The notes: a model not told the origin generated them from the sequence alone. DNA of 63,675 bases from Patescibacteria group bacterium (GCA_028718745.1 JAQULF010000004.1:1-63675); one strand, 5' to 3'; positions 42,046-50,774 are shown, counted from the first letter of the stretch. Program-made: numbers and translations.

Positions 42046-42936
42046 TTATATCTTGACTTTCCTATGCCATAGAACCATTACAACTGATGCGACAAAGATT
42101 GATGAATAAGTACCAATGATTATACCGACAACTAGAGCAAAAACGAACCAGAAAATTGAAGCTCCTCCAAATAGCAATAGGGCTAAAAGCGTGAACAATA
42201 CTGTAGCCGAAGTAGTAATCGATCGACTCATGGTTTCATTAATACTTTTATTGGCAATGTAAGTGAGATCGCCGGAAGTGGTTTTTAGATTTTCCCTGAT
42301 TCTGTCAAATACCACGATGGTATCGTGAACTGAAAATCCAAGTACGGTTAAAAGCGCTGTGATAAATAGTGTGTCAATTTCAACATGCAAGAAGTGGCCA
42401 AGAATTGAGAATATACCGATAACTGTTAAAAGATCGTGAGCTAGAGCGATAACGGCTGAAACACCAAACTTCCAAGAAGAAAGCGGCTTGGGAACGGAAC
42501 GAAATGCCCAAGCGATATAAAGAATAATCATGATGGACGCCAGAATCAAGGCTTCGATAGCTTTGGTTGTCAAATCGCGGCTAACAGTCGGACCAACTGT
42601 TTCAAAACGAAGTTCTTTGCTCTCCCCTATCTTGGAATTAAAATCAGCTCGAAGCTGTTTATACTTTTCGTTGTCGATAAAATGTGTTCGAGCTAAAAAT
42701 GAATTGGCAGAAGTCATTGACACTTGGATATTCTTTAAGCCTTCTGAATCAAAAACTTCCCTAATTTTTTCAACCTGAACCTGCTGTTGAGCCGGAAATT
42801 GCATCTCAATCAGTGTCCCACCGGCAAAGTCGATACCGAAGTTTAGTTTAAATAAAAACAAAGAGATAATGCCGGGAATGAGGATCAGCCCTGAAATAAT
42901 GAACCACACCTTCCATTTTTCTATTATACGAATCAT
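42046..42936 (-). CDS. secF: Protein translocase subunit SecF
   Basis: FGIDFAGGTLIEMQF; 6-TM layout; follows secD. Confidence 0.93.
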   Translation of the reverse strand: MIRIIEKWKVWFIISGLILIPGIISLFLFKLNFGIDFAGGTLIEMQFPAQQQVQVEKIREVFDSEGLKNIQVSMTSANSFLARTHFIDNEKYKQLRADFNSKIGESKELRFETVGPTVSRDLTTKAIEALILASIMIILYIAWAFRSVPKPLSSWKFGVSAVIALAHDLLTVIGIFSILGHFLHVEIDTLFITALLTVLGFSVHDTIVVFDRIRENLKTTSGDLTYIANKSINETMSRSITTSATVLFTLLALLLFGGASIFWFVFALVVGIIIGTYSSIFVASVVMVLWHRKVKI

Positions 42937-42970
42937 AATGTTCTAAAATTATTTATAATTGATAGAAGTC

Positions 42971-43053
42971 AATGAATAAATGATTATATGAATAAATGAA
43001 TAAAAAAGTTTAAGCTATTTCTAATCATTTAATCCTTTATTTATTTATTCATT
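42971..43053. repeat. Intergenic word palindrome (AATGAATAAA family), between secD and secF
   Basis: aatgaataaatgattatatgaataaatgaataaaa ... atcatttaatcctttatttatttattcatt. Confidence 0.75.
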
Positions 43054-43062
43054 TTGATCTAT

Positions 43063-44346
43063 TTATTTCCTCACTTTCTTTCCTAAAAATAAGAAAAGTA
43101 GGTTTCGTGTTACTGTTATTGCTGTAAATAAGCTAACCAATATACCAACTGCCAGCGTTAAGGCAAATCCTTTTACTAGGCCTGTGCCAAGGAAAAACAG
43201 GATTGCGCAAGTGATGAGCGAAGAAGCATTTGAGTCGCGAATAGAAGTCCAAGCGCGATTAAATCCGGCCTTAATAGCGGAACTATAAGCTTTCCCGCGC
43301 CGTAATTCCTCTTTCATTCTTTCAAAAATAAGGATATTGGCATCCACAGCCATACCTACCGAAAGGATAAATCCGGCGATACCGGCCAAAGTCATAGTAA
43401 CCGGAATTAATTTGAATAAGGCAATTACAATCAATGCGTAAACCGCTAAAGCGATTGAAGCGATCAAACCGGCAAATCGGTATCGGAAAATCATGAAAAG
43501 CACTACAAATAAAATTCCGATTAATCCGGCAATAAAGCTTTTGTGAACAGAATCTTGTCCCAAAGTCGCGCCGACATTTCTTTGTTCTACCAGATTAATC
43601 GGCACGGGAAGCGCTCCGGCATTAAGTTGCAAAGCTAATTTCTTGGCCGCGTCCATAGTAAATTGTCCGGTAATCACAGCGTTCCCGCCATCAATCGCTT
43701 GATTGACCCGGGGAGCTGAAAGCAATTCTTTATCCAAAAATATAGCCAGAGGCTTGCCTACATTTCTTCCCGTTACTTCAGAAAAAATCTTGGCGCCTTC
43801 ATCATTGAAAGTGATTGAGATCTCCGGCTCATAATTACTTTGACTGACTTGAGCGGTAGCTTTTTTAAATAATGATCCATTAAGTCCCACATCTTGCCAG
43901 TCATCGATTAGAATAGATTTAAGCTGACCATTTTCTAATGATTTTCCCTCTATTCCCTCTCGAAATTCCAGTTGAGCCGTTTGCCCAATCATGGCAATCG
44001 CTTCATCAATGTTTGTAATACCGGGAAGCTCTACGAGAATCTTGTAGTTATTCAAACCTGAAGTGGTTTGAATTACCGGTTCAGAAACTCCAAGCGCGTT
44101 AATTCGGCGATCAAGGACGGTTTGAACTCCTTCCAAAGCGCTATCGCGATCCTTTGCGGCAACTTTGCTCATATCAGCTTCATAAACCAAATGAGCTCCG
44201 CCAAGAAGATCGAGACCTTGTTGGATCTTTAATTCTTTATAATAGCTCCCTATTTTCAAATTGGGACCCTTTGGCCAGTCAACAATCCCTGCTAAAACAG
44301 AGATAACGATGATGACAAAAAACATTATCCAGATTTTCTTTCGCAT
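43063..44346 (-). CDS. secD: Protein translocase subunit SecD
   Basis: GLDLLGGAHLVYEAD, GVSEPVIQ, C-terminal 6-TM domain. Confidence 0.93.
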   Translation of the reverse strand: MRKKIWIMFFVIIVISVLAGIVDWPKGPNLKIGSYYKELKIQQGLDLLGGAHLVYEADMSKVAAKDRDSALEGVQTVLDRRINALGVSEPVIQTTSGLNNYKILVELPGITNIDEAIAMIGQTAQLEFREGIEGKSLENGQLKSILIDDWQDVGLNGSLFKKATAQVSQSNYEPEISITFNDEGAKIFSEVTGRNVGKPLAIFLDKELLSAPRVNQAIDGGNAVITGQFTMDAAKKLALQLNAGALPVPINLVEQRNVGATLGQDSVHKSFIAGLIGILFVVLFMIFRYRFAGLIASIALAVYALIVIALFKLIPVTMTLAGIAGFILSVGMAVDANILIFERMKEELRRGKAYSSAIKAGFNRAWTSIRDSNASSLITCAILFFLGTGLVKGFALTLAVGILVSLFTAITVTRNLLFLFLGKKVRK

Positions 44347-44427
44347 GGTAAATGAGTTAGTTTAATAGTCTATAAAAATCATTTTAAACTAAAAAAATCA
44401 TTTCTGCAACTAGAAAATTTTATATTA

Positions 44428-44530
44428 TCTCAAATGTAATATGTTAAATGTTAAAGCCATATGTCAAATGTCGAAGCTGTCTTTAGCTAAATAGTTTTAA
44501 GATTTGGTTCTAACATTTAACATTTGAGAT
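44428..44530. repeat. Intergenic word palindrome (CTCAAATG / GTTAAATGTTA)
   Basis: ATCTCAAATG pairs with CATTTGAGAT and GTTAAATGTTA with TAACATTTAAC (perfect). Confidence 0.8.
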
Positions 44531-44730
44531 TTAAGATATTATTTTTTAAGCTTTGACATAACCATCTATTATTTATCAAAAAACCCTTGACAGTATCTAC
44601 AAAATATGCTATATTTAATGTGTAATCTAACAGGTATTTAATCCTCTCCCAGTTTATGATAAAATTGAGAGAGTGGACTTTGACAATAAAATCACGGATA
44701 CCAATCCGTATGTCGAGGAGAAAAGATGTT

Positions 44731-44907
44731 ATGAAAAAACATCAAGTGGTGGTATCGGCAGTAATCTTAGGCATCATAATGGGATTGGCAGGAAGATTAA
44801 CCCACAAGGATATAGCGTGGGCGGCCGAGATGGCAACACTTTCAACCGTTCTTATCGGCGTATGGAGAGTTGTTGATCTCCTGAAGCAAATCAAAGAGAA
44901 ACTGTAA
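44731..44907 (+). CDS. Small (58 aa) two-helix membrane protein (GC-rich islet)
   Basis: MKKHQVVVSAVILGIIMGLAG...LSTVLIGVWRVV; GAGGAG upstream. Confidence 0.4.
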   Translation: MKKHQVVVSAVILGIIMGLAGRLTHKDIAWAAEMATLSTVLIGVWRVVDLLKQIKEKL

Positions 44908-44961
44908 AACCCCGCCAATCACGCCAAGCGTGAGCGGGAATTGCCAAAGGAGGCAAAAATC

Positions 44962-45849
44962 ATGAAACGGATACTCGTAATCGCGATCCTCGCGATCGTG
45001 GCAACATTCGTCAGCTTCATCGGCATCGCGCAGGCAGAGACAATGTATCTGAAAGAAGTGGCCTGCACGACATTCATCAAAGAGATGAAAACGAATGTCT
45101 GCTTCGCCTATCTGGCGAATCAGCCGAATTCCGCCGGCATTTACGACTCGGCACTCGAGTTCAATGAAGGCGGATGCGCCGATCCCCAAAGAACATCGGC
45201 CATGAGTAAGTCGTTCGTCGCCAATGGTGAAAAAGTACAAAGACTCGCTCTGTATGTGCCGAGACTGGATAAGTGCTTTTCCCAGACATTCGACGGCACA
45301 CCGATTCAAACGGTGAACGACAATGTCCGACTGGGAAATCAGTACGCCGCAGACACAAACGCAACTGCTCATGAAATTCAGGACAGCGCGACTCTCGTCG
45401 CGGCTTGCAAGAGCCGAGTCAACGCGAAATACCGGAAAACATTTAACTCCGGTACGACCTACGACTTTGCTCACGCGATCGCCGCCGCAACCTGCAAAAG
45501 CAGCAGCTGGTGCCCATATGTCGTTGCCGGCAGCGAGTTCAAAGCCGACATGCAGGACAGGAAATGGGCCATGGCAATTGTGGATTGCGAGAGTAATCCC
45601 GGTCCCATGACAGGCAACGAGCAAATGTACGCCGGCGCTCCGACAACACCGCCACCTTACTACTCGGCGCCCGCCGCGCCCATCTACTACCCGCCGGCAC
45701 CGAACTACGGCAGCGGATATGGCTACGAATATCCGCCGTACCCGCAAACACAGCGCGCGCCCGGCTCACGCCATATCTTCATGAACAACTGCATGCAGAG
45801 ATTCAACGACAGTGACTACTGTCATTACGCATACGAATACAACAGGTAG
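44962..45849 (+). CDS. Secreted hypothetical protein with Pro/Tyr-rich C-terminal region (GC-rich islet)
   Basis: AAGGAGG 8 nt upstream of the ATG; signal peptide ILVIAILAIVATFVSFIGIAQA; 50% GC in hand-counted 45001-45060. Confidence 0.55.
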   Translation: MKRILVIAILAIVATFVSFIGIAQAETMYLKEVACTTFIKEMKTNVCFAYLANQPNSAGIYDSALEFNEGGCADPQRTSAMSKSFVANGEKVQRLALYVPRLDKCFSQTFDGTPIQTVNDNVRLGNQYAADTNATAHEIQDSATLVAACKSRVNAKYRKTFNSGTTYDFAHAIAAATCKSSSWCPYVVAGSEFKADMQDRKWAMAIVDCESNPGPMTGNEQMYAGAPTTPPPYYSAPAAPIYYPPAPNYGSGYGYEYPPYPQTQRAPGSRHIFMNNCMQRFNDSDYCHYAYEYNR

Positions 45850-45882
45850 AACCAGACCTGCTGTGCAACAACGCAACAACTG

Positions 45883-45911
45883 GGGCGGACTCGAAAGAGC
45901 CGCCCTATTTT
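45883..45911 (+). terminator. GC-rich terminator of the islet
   Basis: GGGCGG(A)CTC-GAAA-GAGCCGCCC followed by TATTTTC. Confidence 0.65.
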
Positions 45912-45922
45912 CATGTCTTGCA

Positions 45923-45975
45923 TTTGGAATGGGACGATAGTCCGTTACTTTTGACACACTATCGTGTGTCACTCC
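45923..45975 (+). repeat. GGAATG...GTCACTCC double-hairpin element, copy A
   Basis: TTTGGAATG-[GGAC-GATA-GTCC]-gttacttt-T[GACACAC-TATC-GTGTGTC]ACTCC; overlaps the rluD-like stop codon. Confidence 0.75.
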
Positions 45976-46682
45976 AGGAGCATTTTCAAATCACTTGGTA
46001 ATTTTGATTTAAAATCCAACATCTCGCCGGTTTTAGGATGTTTAAATGATAGTTCAGATGCATGTAGGAACTGACGACGAAGTCCTATTTTTTTTGAGAA
46101 AATTTCCGAATCGCGGCTTTTATAAACCGGATCCCCCACCACCGGAAATCCAATCGCAAAAAAATGCGCGCGAATTTGGTGAGTGCGGCCGGTCTCGATG
46201 ATTACATCAATATAAGACAAATCGGGCATATGGGACGAATGTAAATACTTTTTAACTTCGTAATGCGTGATAGCTTCTCTCCCAAGGGCGTTATGTATAA
46301 CGCCCCTACAACTCACAAAACGGGTCCGATTTTTTGGGTCTCTTTTCAAGGCGATATTGATCGTCCCTTTTTTTGGTTCCAGTTTACCAAAAACCAAGGC
46401 TTCATAAATCTTTTTAACTTGGTGAGAGGCGAACTGGTTTTGAAGGTTAACCAGCGCCTTTTCATTTTTTGCCACAACCATCAGCCCCGAGGTATCGCGA
46501 TCCAAACGATGAACAATCCCTCCGCGGGGCAGATTGATTTTGTATTCATTAATTAAAATTTTTTCCAATGTAGAGACGCTACTCCTCGCGTCTTTTTTAT
46601 CAGATTCAACGACTAAACCTGAAGGCTTGTTTATTACCAACAAATCATCGTCTTCAAATATGATCTCGAAATATTTAGACAT
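45969..46682 (-). CDS. RluA/RluD-family pseudouridine synthase (no S4 domain)
   Basis: LLVINKPSGLVV, HRLDRDTSGLMVVAKN, GRTHQIRAH; start set at MSKYFEI because upstream codons are repeat-encoded. Confidence 0.88.
   Translation of the reverse strand: MSKYFEIIFEDDDLLVINKPSGLVVESDKKDARSSVSTLEKILINEYKINLPRGGIVHRLDRDTSGLMVVAKNEKALVNLQNQFASHQVKKIYEALVFGKLEPKKGTINIALKRDPKNRTRFVSCRGVIHNALGREAITHYEVKKYLHSSHMPDLSYIDVIIETGRTHQIRAHFFAIGFPVVGDPVYKSRDSEIFSKKIGLRRQFLHASELSFKHPKTGEMLDFKSKLPSDLKMLLE
46286..46309 (-). repeat. 24-nt REP-like GTAG + palindrome in frame in the rluD-like gene (different frame)
   Basis: Gene strand GTAG-GGGCGTTAT-AC-ATAACGCCC, read as (C)RGVIHNAL. Confidence 0.8.
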
Positions 46683-46815
46683 AAAAATATCCAATGTCCA
46701 ATACTCAATACTCAATCAATTCTCAATAACCAATATCCAATGGGAAATAATACTAATTGGGTATTAAAAATTGGATATTGATTGGATATTGAATATTGGT
46801 TATTGGGTATTATGT
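46683..46815. repeat. Intergenic word palindrome (CCAATA / CTCAATA versus TATTGG / TATTGA)
   Basis: atatccaatgtccaatactcaatactcaatcaattctcaataaccaatatccaat ... attggatattgattggatattgaatattggttattgggtatt. Confidence 0.8.
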
Positions 46816-46816
46816 A

Positions 46817-47476
46817 TTATTTCCTCTTTCTCAACTTCTTATGCAAAAACTTATACGCGTCTTCCGCATTATTAAAAACCGCCATGAGATCCAAGTCCTT
46901 TTTTTCCAAAGTTTTATATTCTTTAACCAGTTTTTGTTTCAAAAAGACCAAAAAAGGAACCCAGAAATCTTTACCGATTAAAACAATCGGAACTTTTTCA
47001 ATTTTTTTCGTTTGAACCAAAGTTACAATTTCGAAAAGTTCATCGAGCGTTCCAAATCCACCCGGGAAATAAACAAAGGCATTGGCCGAAAAACTCATGC
47101 AGACTTTGCGCGTAAAAAAGTAATGAAAAGCCATCGAGCGCTCAACATAAGGATTAACTCTTTGCTCTTTGGGAAGTTGAATATTTAATCCTACACTATC
47201 CCCCGGTGTTCCGCCAAAAGCGCCTCGATTAGCCGCTTCCATTATGCCCGGACCGCCTCCGGTAACTACATGATGTCCGGATTTTGACAGCAAATGAGCT
47301 AATTTTTGCGATTCTTTATACCATTTATTGTCCTCATCGAATCGTGCCGAACCGAAGATTGTAACGGAATTTTTCAGTTTGGAAATAAATTCAAATCCTT
47401 CCGTGAACTCCCCCATTATTCGAAACATCCTCCACGCCGGGTTATCAGAGTAATTAAATTTTTGTGGTGAGCGCAT
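46817..47476 (-). CDS. LOG-family (TIGR00730-type) nucleotide phosphoribohydrolase
   Basis: VTIFGSARF, GGGPGIMEAANRGA, PGGFGTLDELFE. Confidence 0.88.
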   Translation of the reverse strand: MRSPQKFNYSDNPAWRMFRIMGEFTEGFEFISKLKNSVTIFGSARFDEDNKWYKESQKLAHLLSKSGHHVVTGGGPGIMEAANRGAFGGTPGDSVGLNIQLPKEQRVNPYVERSMAFHYFFTRKVCMSFSANAFVYFPGGFGTLDELFEIVTLVQTKKIEKVPIVLIGKDFWVPFLVFLKQKLVKEYKTLEKKDLDLMAVFNNAEDAYKFLHKKLRKRK

Positions 47477-47499
47477 TTTTGTTTTTTTAATTGTATTTT

Positions 47500-48924
47500 T
47501 TATTTTCTAGCGTCATTATTAGGATTATAGAATACTGCCGTGCTAGATGAAAGGATATAATTATTATTTTGAACATCTATTATCTTAACTCCTTGTTTCT
47601 GAATCTTTGTCCTAAGTTCATCTGATTTAGAATAGTTATTAGTTTCTTTTGCCCGCTTTCTTTCCTCGGCATCTTTTTTAGCTTCTTCCGGAACCATGCT
47701 CTTTTTTTCTACAAATTCTTTTATTTGCAAACCTAAAACTTTATCAAAATCAAATATTGTTTCGAGCATATCTGGTATAGAAATTAATCCTGCCGATTCT
47801 GTTTCAAGCAGTTCAAAAATAATTGAAAGTGCTCCTGATAAATTTAGATCCTCATTAATTTTTTCAAGGAACTTTTCTTGATAATCTTTTAATATACTTC
47901 CTTTGGGCTTACCCTTACTTTGATCCTTCGCGATTACTAAGATATCAACTAAACTCTCAATTGTATTCGCAGCAAATTTCAGTGCTTCCCAAGTAAAATT
48001 TTGTTTTTGCTTATAATGAGTTTGAAGGCATAGATATCGAAATGCCATTGGGTTAAAACCTTTGTTAATAATATCTTGCAAAGTATAAACATTGTTCAAC
48101 GACTTACTCATCTTCTGACTGTCTACCATTAGCATTTCGTTGTGCAGCCAATAATTAACAAATTTTTTATCATTAGCCGCTTCGGATTGAGCAATTTCAT
48201 TTTCATGATGCGGAAAGATTAAATCAATTCCACCGGTATGAATGTCAAAAGTTTCGCCGAGATTTGCCGATGACATTACGGAACATTCTATATGCCAGCC
48301 GGGTCTCCCTTTTCCTAATTCCGTCTCCCAAAACACATCTCCATCTTTTTCATCCCAGGCTTTCCAAAGCGCAAAATCATGCGCTTCTTCTTTGGCATAT
48401 TCATCATTATCAACACGAGATTTGGAGTCTCTCTCAAAATCAACTCCGGATAATTTCCCATAATCTTTGAATTTGGAAATAGCAAAATATATAGATCCGT
48501 CTTCTGCTTTGTAGGCAAAACCTTTATCCAAGAGCTTTTTTATAAGCGCTACCATGCCCTGGATATTTTCTGTGGCGCGCGGGAAAATATATTCATCTTT
48601 GTTTATATTTATCTTTTCCAAATCCTCAAAAAAACTGGCCGTGTATTTGTCAGTAAAATCTTTTAGACTTATTCCCGCAGCTTGTGAATCGCGAATAGTT
48701 TTGTCATCGACATCGGTTATATTCATTACATGCTTTACTTTGTAGCCATTATAAGCAAGAACTCGATGAAGAGTGTCGGCAAAAATATATGAACGCAAAT
48801 TTCCTATATGAACAAAATTATAAACTGTCGGGCCGCAGGAATAAATGCCAACCTCCCCTTCTTTAATGGGTTTGAACTCTTCTTTCTTTTTTGTAAGCGT
48901 ATTGTGGAGAAAAATCTTTTGCAT
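47500..48924 (-). CDS. cysS: Cysteinyl-tRNA synthetase
   Basis: YSCGPTVYNFVHIGNLRSY (HIGH), CSVMS zinc site, KMSKSLNN. Confidence 0.95.
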   Translation of the reverse strand: MQKIFLHNTLTKKKEEFKPIKEGEVGIYSCGPTVYNFVHIGNLRSYIFADTLHRVLAYNGYKVKHVMNITDVDDKTIRDSQAAGISLKDFTDKYTASFFEDLEKININKDEYIFPRATENIQGMVALIKKLLDKGFAYKAEDGSIYFAISKFKDYGKLSGVDFERDSKSRVDNDEYAKEEAHDFALWKAWDEKDGDVFWETELGKGRPGWHIECSVMSSANLGETFDIHTGGIDLIFPHHENEIAQSEAANDKKFVNYWLHNEMLMVDSQKMSKSLNNVYTLQDIINKGFNPMAFRYLCLQTHYKQKQNFTWEALKFAANTIESLVDILVIAKDQSKGKPKGSILKDYQEKFLEKINEDLNLSGALSIIFELLETESAGLISIPDMLETIFDFDKVLGLQIKEFVEKKSMVPEEAKKDAEERKRAKETNNYSKSDELRTKIQKQGVKIIDVQNNNYILSSSTAVFYNPNNDARK

Positions 48925-48950
48925 AAAATTATTATAACCTTTTTTAAAAT

Positions 48951-49005
48951 AAAAAAAAGAGGGGTACCTGTTGCAAGAGCTTTTGACTCTAAAGTACCCT
49001 CTCTC
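48951..49005 (-). terminator. Terminator of a GC-rich islet gene (minus strand)
   Basis: Minus strand GAGAGGGTAC...GTACCCCTC (imperfect) followed by T8. Confidence 0.5.
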
Positions 49006-49038
49006 ATTGATTCATGTTAGTGGGACAACTTTCACGGG

Positions 49039-49425
49039 TTACCGCCATTTACTGTAGATTGAAACAACCTTGCGGCCTTCCTTCTTCGACCCCCAGTAGT
49101 TGATGCCTCCGCCTTTGATGACTGTCAGCCGAGGTGAATCCTTGTGGTAGCGAAAATAGTATCCGCCGGCTGAAATCATTGCGCGAAGCGCGAAAACAAC
49201 CGCAAGTACAGATACGACGCCCGCGGCAAGAAAACACCACGCGAACATTCCCTGCCAGCCGACCATGCGCAGGCAGAACAGCACGAAGAACACATCGAAG
49301 ACGGCGAGACAAAAAAGCCGCTTCTGATCCGGTGAAGAAGTCCGCCAGAGGAATGTTAATTCAAACTGAATGACATCTTTCCGCTGACGCATTGCGTTTA
49401 CCAACTTACTTAACCGATTTTTCAA
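49039..49425 (-). CDS. Hypothetical membrane protein (GC-rich islet)
   Basis: TTG start after AAAGGGGA; two TM helices (LFCLAVFDVFFVLFCL, FAWCFLAAGVVSVLAVVFAL). Confidence 0.45.
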   Translation of the reverse strand: MKNRLSKLVNAMRQRKDVIQFELTFLWRTSSPDQKRLFCLAVFDVFFVLFCLRMVGWQGMFAWCFLAAGVVSVLAVVFALRAMISAGGYYFRYHKDSPRLTVIKGGGINYWGSKKEGRKVVSIYSKWR

Positions 49426-49488
49426 AGGCCGAAGTCCCCTTTCCTTGTTTTGTTTCTTGGCTTATTATACTATTATTTTACAAAATTG

Positions 49489-50091
49489 TCAAAAGCTTTT
49501 TCGTCCTTCCAGCGCTTTGGATAAGGTTACATCGTCCGCGTATTCTATGTCTCCTCCAAAAGGAATTCCGCGAGCAATGCGAGTAACTGAAATCCCCAGC
49601 GGTGAAATTAGTCTTTGAATGTACATAGCCGTCGCTTCACCTTCGGTAGTCGGATTGGTCGCTAAAATTATTTCCTTAACTTCATTGCCAGCCCCTAGAC
49701 GAGCAAGTAATTCTTTTATTTTTAAATCATCCGGACCGATGCCATCAACCGGAGAAACAGCTCCATGCAAAACATGATAAAGGCCTTTGTAAAAACCGGA
49801 GCGTTCTAATGCTAAAATATCCAGCGGTTCCTCAACCACACAAATTGTAGATTGATCACGACTGGCATCATCGCAAACCAAACATTTCTCCCCTTCTGAA
49901 ATGTTTTGGCATTCCGGACAAATGGAAATCTCTTGTTTCAAACCGGTTATTGCCGCGCCAATATCTTCACTGAATTTTTTATCCTTTCGGAGCAAATAGA
50001 AGGCCAGTCTCTGGGCGCTTTTTGGCCCAATGCCGGGAAGCGATGCAAATGCATCGACAGCTTTTTGAATTGATGAGGGAAGTTTGTTCAT
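49489..50091 (-). CDS. recR: Recombination protein RecR
   Basis: LPGIGPKSAQRLAFYLL, C4 zinc finger CPECQ...CLVC, Toprim domain. Confidence 0.95.
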   Translation of the reverse strand: MNKLPSSIQKAVDAFASLPGIGPKSAQRLAFYLLRKDKKFSEDIGAAITGLKQEISICPECQNISEGEKCLVCDDASRDQSTICVVEEPLDILALERSGFYKGLYHVLHGAVSPVDGIGPDDLKIKELLARLGAGNEVKEIILATNPTTEGEATAMYIQRLISPLGISVTRIARGIPFGGDIEYADDVTLSKALEGRKSF

Positions 50092-50110
50092 AATTTTTAC
50101 ATTATAGAAT

Positions 50111-50157
50111 AAAAAAAGGCAAATTAAAAGGGCATCTCGAGTGTTTCAAGACGCCCT
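50111..50157 (-). terminator. Terminator of a GC-rich islet gene (minus strand)
   Basis: Minus strand AGGGCGTCT-11 nt-AGATGCCCT, then TTTTAATTTGCCTTTTTTT. Confidence 0.55.
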
Positions 50158-50159
50158 GT

Positions 50160-50774
50160 TCATTTTTTCCTGCGGAGAATGCGTTCAGTGCGGTAGACAC
50201 CGGAAGGAAGTTTTTCCTCTTCTTCGGGATCAGGATTACCCGGGTCTTCGTCTTCACCCGGATCTTCATCTGTGAACATAAGCCCGGTTTCAATGCCCTC
50301 ACTATCTTCCGACAACTGTCGCATGATGTCTGCCTTGCCATGGATAGGCTCCACCCAAACCCTGATGTTGCCCATAGGTTCGAGACCTTTCGCATAGGTT
50401 GGATGGCGGACATTCTCCTGGATCCAATGCCGAAAGGATGGGGTACGGCTTTGGACAAAAATCTCTTTGCCATAAAGAGAACATGCCGGCCCTACCATCA
50501 TCCTTAAAAAAGAAACGAGTCCCACTAGAACTTCTTCAGGATGCCCACCGGCCTCATCAAGAGCTTGAATGTCGATTCTGACAATCCCTTCCTGACTGAA
50601 TCCTTTGTTATGAGCATTCAGTGCCGCGCCAAGAGCAGCGAGGTACTTGCTCGTAGATTCCAGACTTGGAACAACAGAGGTCCCCGACCTCATTTGGAGA
50701 TAAAGAATATTGACTTCTTTTCTCTGAACATTCCAGTAAGTCTTGTATGACTCCGTGAAATGCAAGGTCGACAC
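50160..50774 (-). CDS. Hypothetical protein with acidic C-terminal region (GC-rich islet)
   Basis: 204-aa ORF; AAGGAGG abuts the GTG at 50774, so a TTG at 50765 (8-nt spacing) may be the true start. Confidence 0.45.
   Translation of the reverse strand: MSTLHFTESYKTYWNVQRKEVNILYLQMRSGTSVVPSLESTSKYLAALGAALNAHNKGFSQEGIVRIDIQALDEAGGHPEEVLVGLVSFLRMMVGPACSLYGKEIFVQSRTPSFRHWIQENVRHPTYAKGLEPMGNIRVWVEPIHGKADIMRQLSEDSEGIETGLMFTDEDPGEDEDPGNPDPEEEEKLPSGVYRTERILRRKK

Noticed and set aside
16221-46815. CRISPR arrays among the short tandem words
   Set aside because: The repeats are 6-11-nt degenerate words with no unique spacers of regular length, arranged as inverted arms. No cas genes are present.
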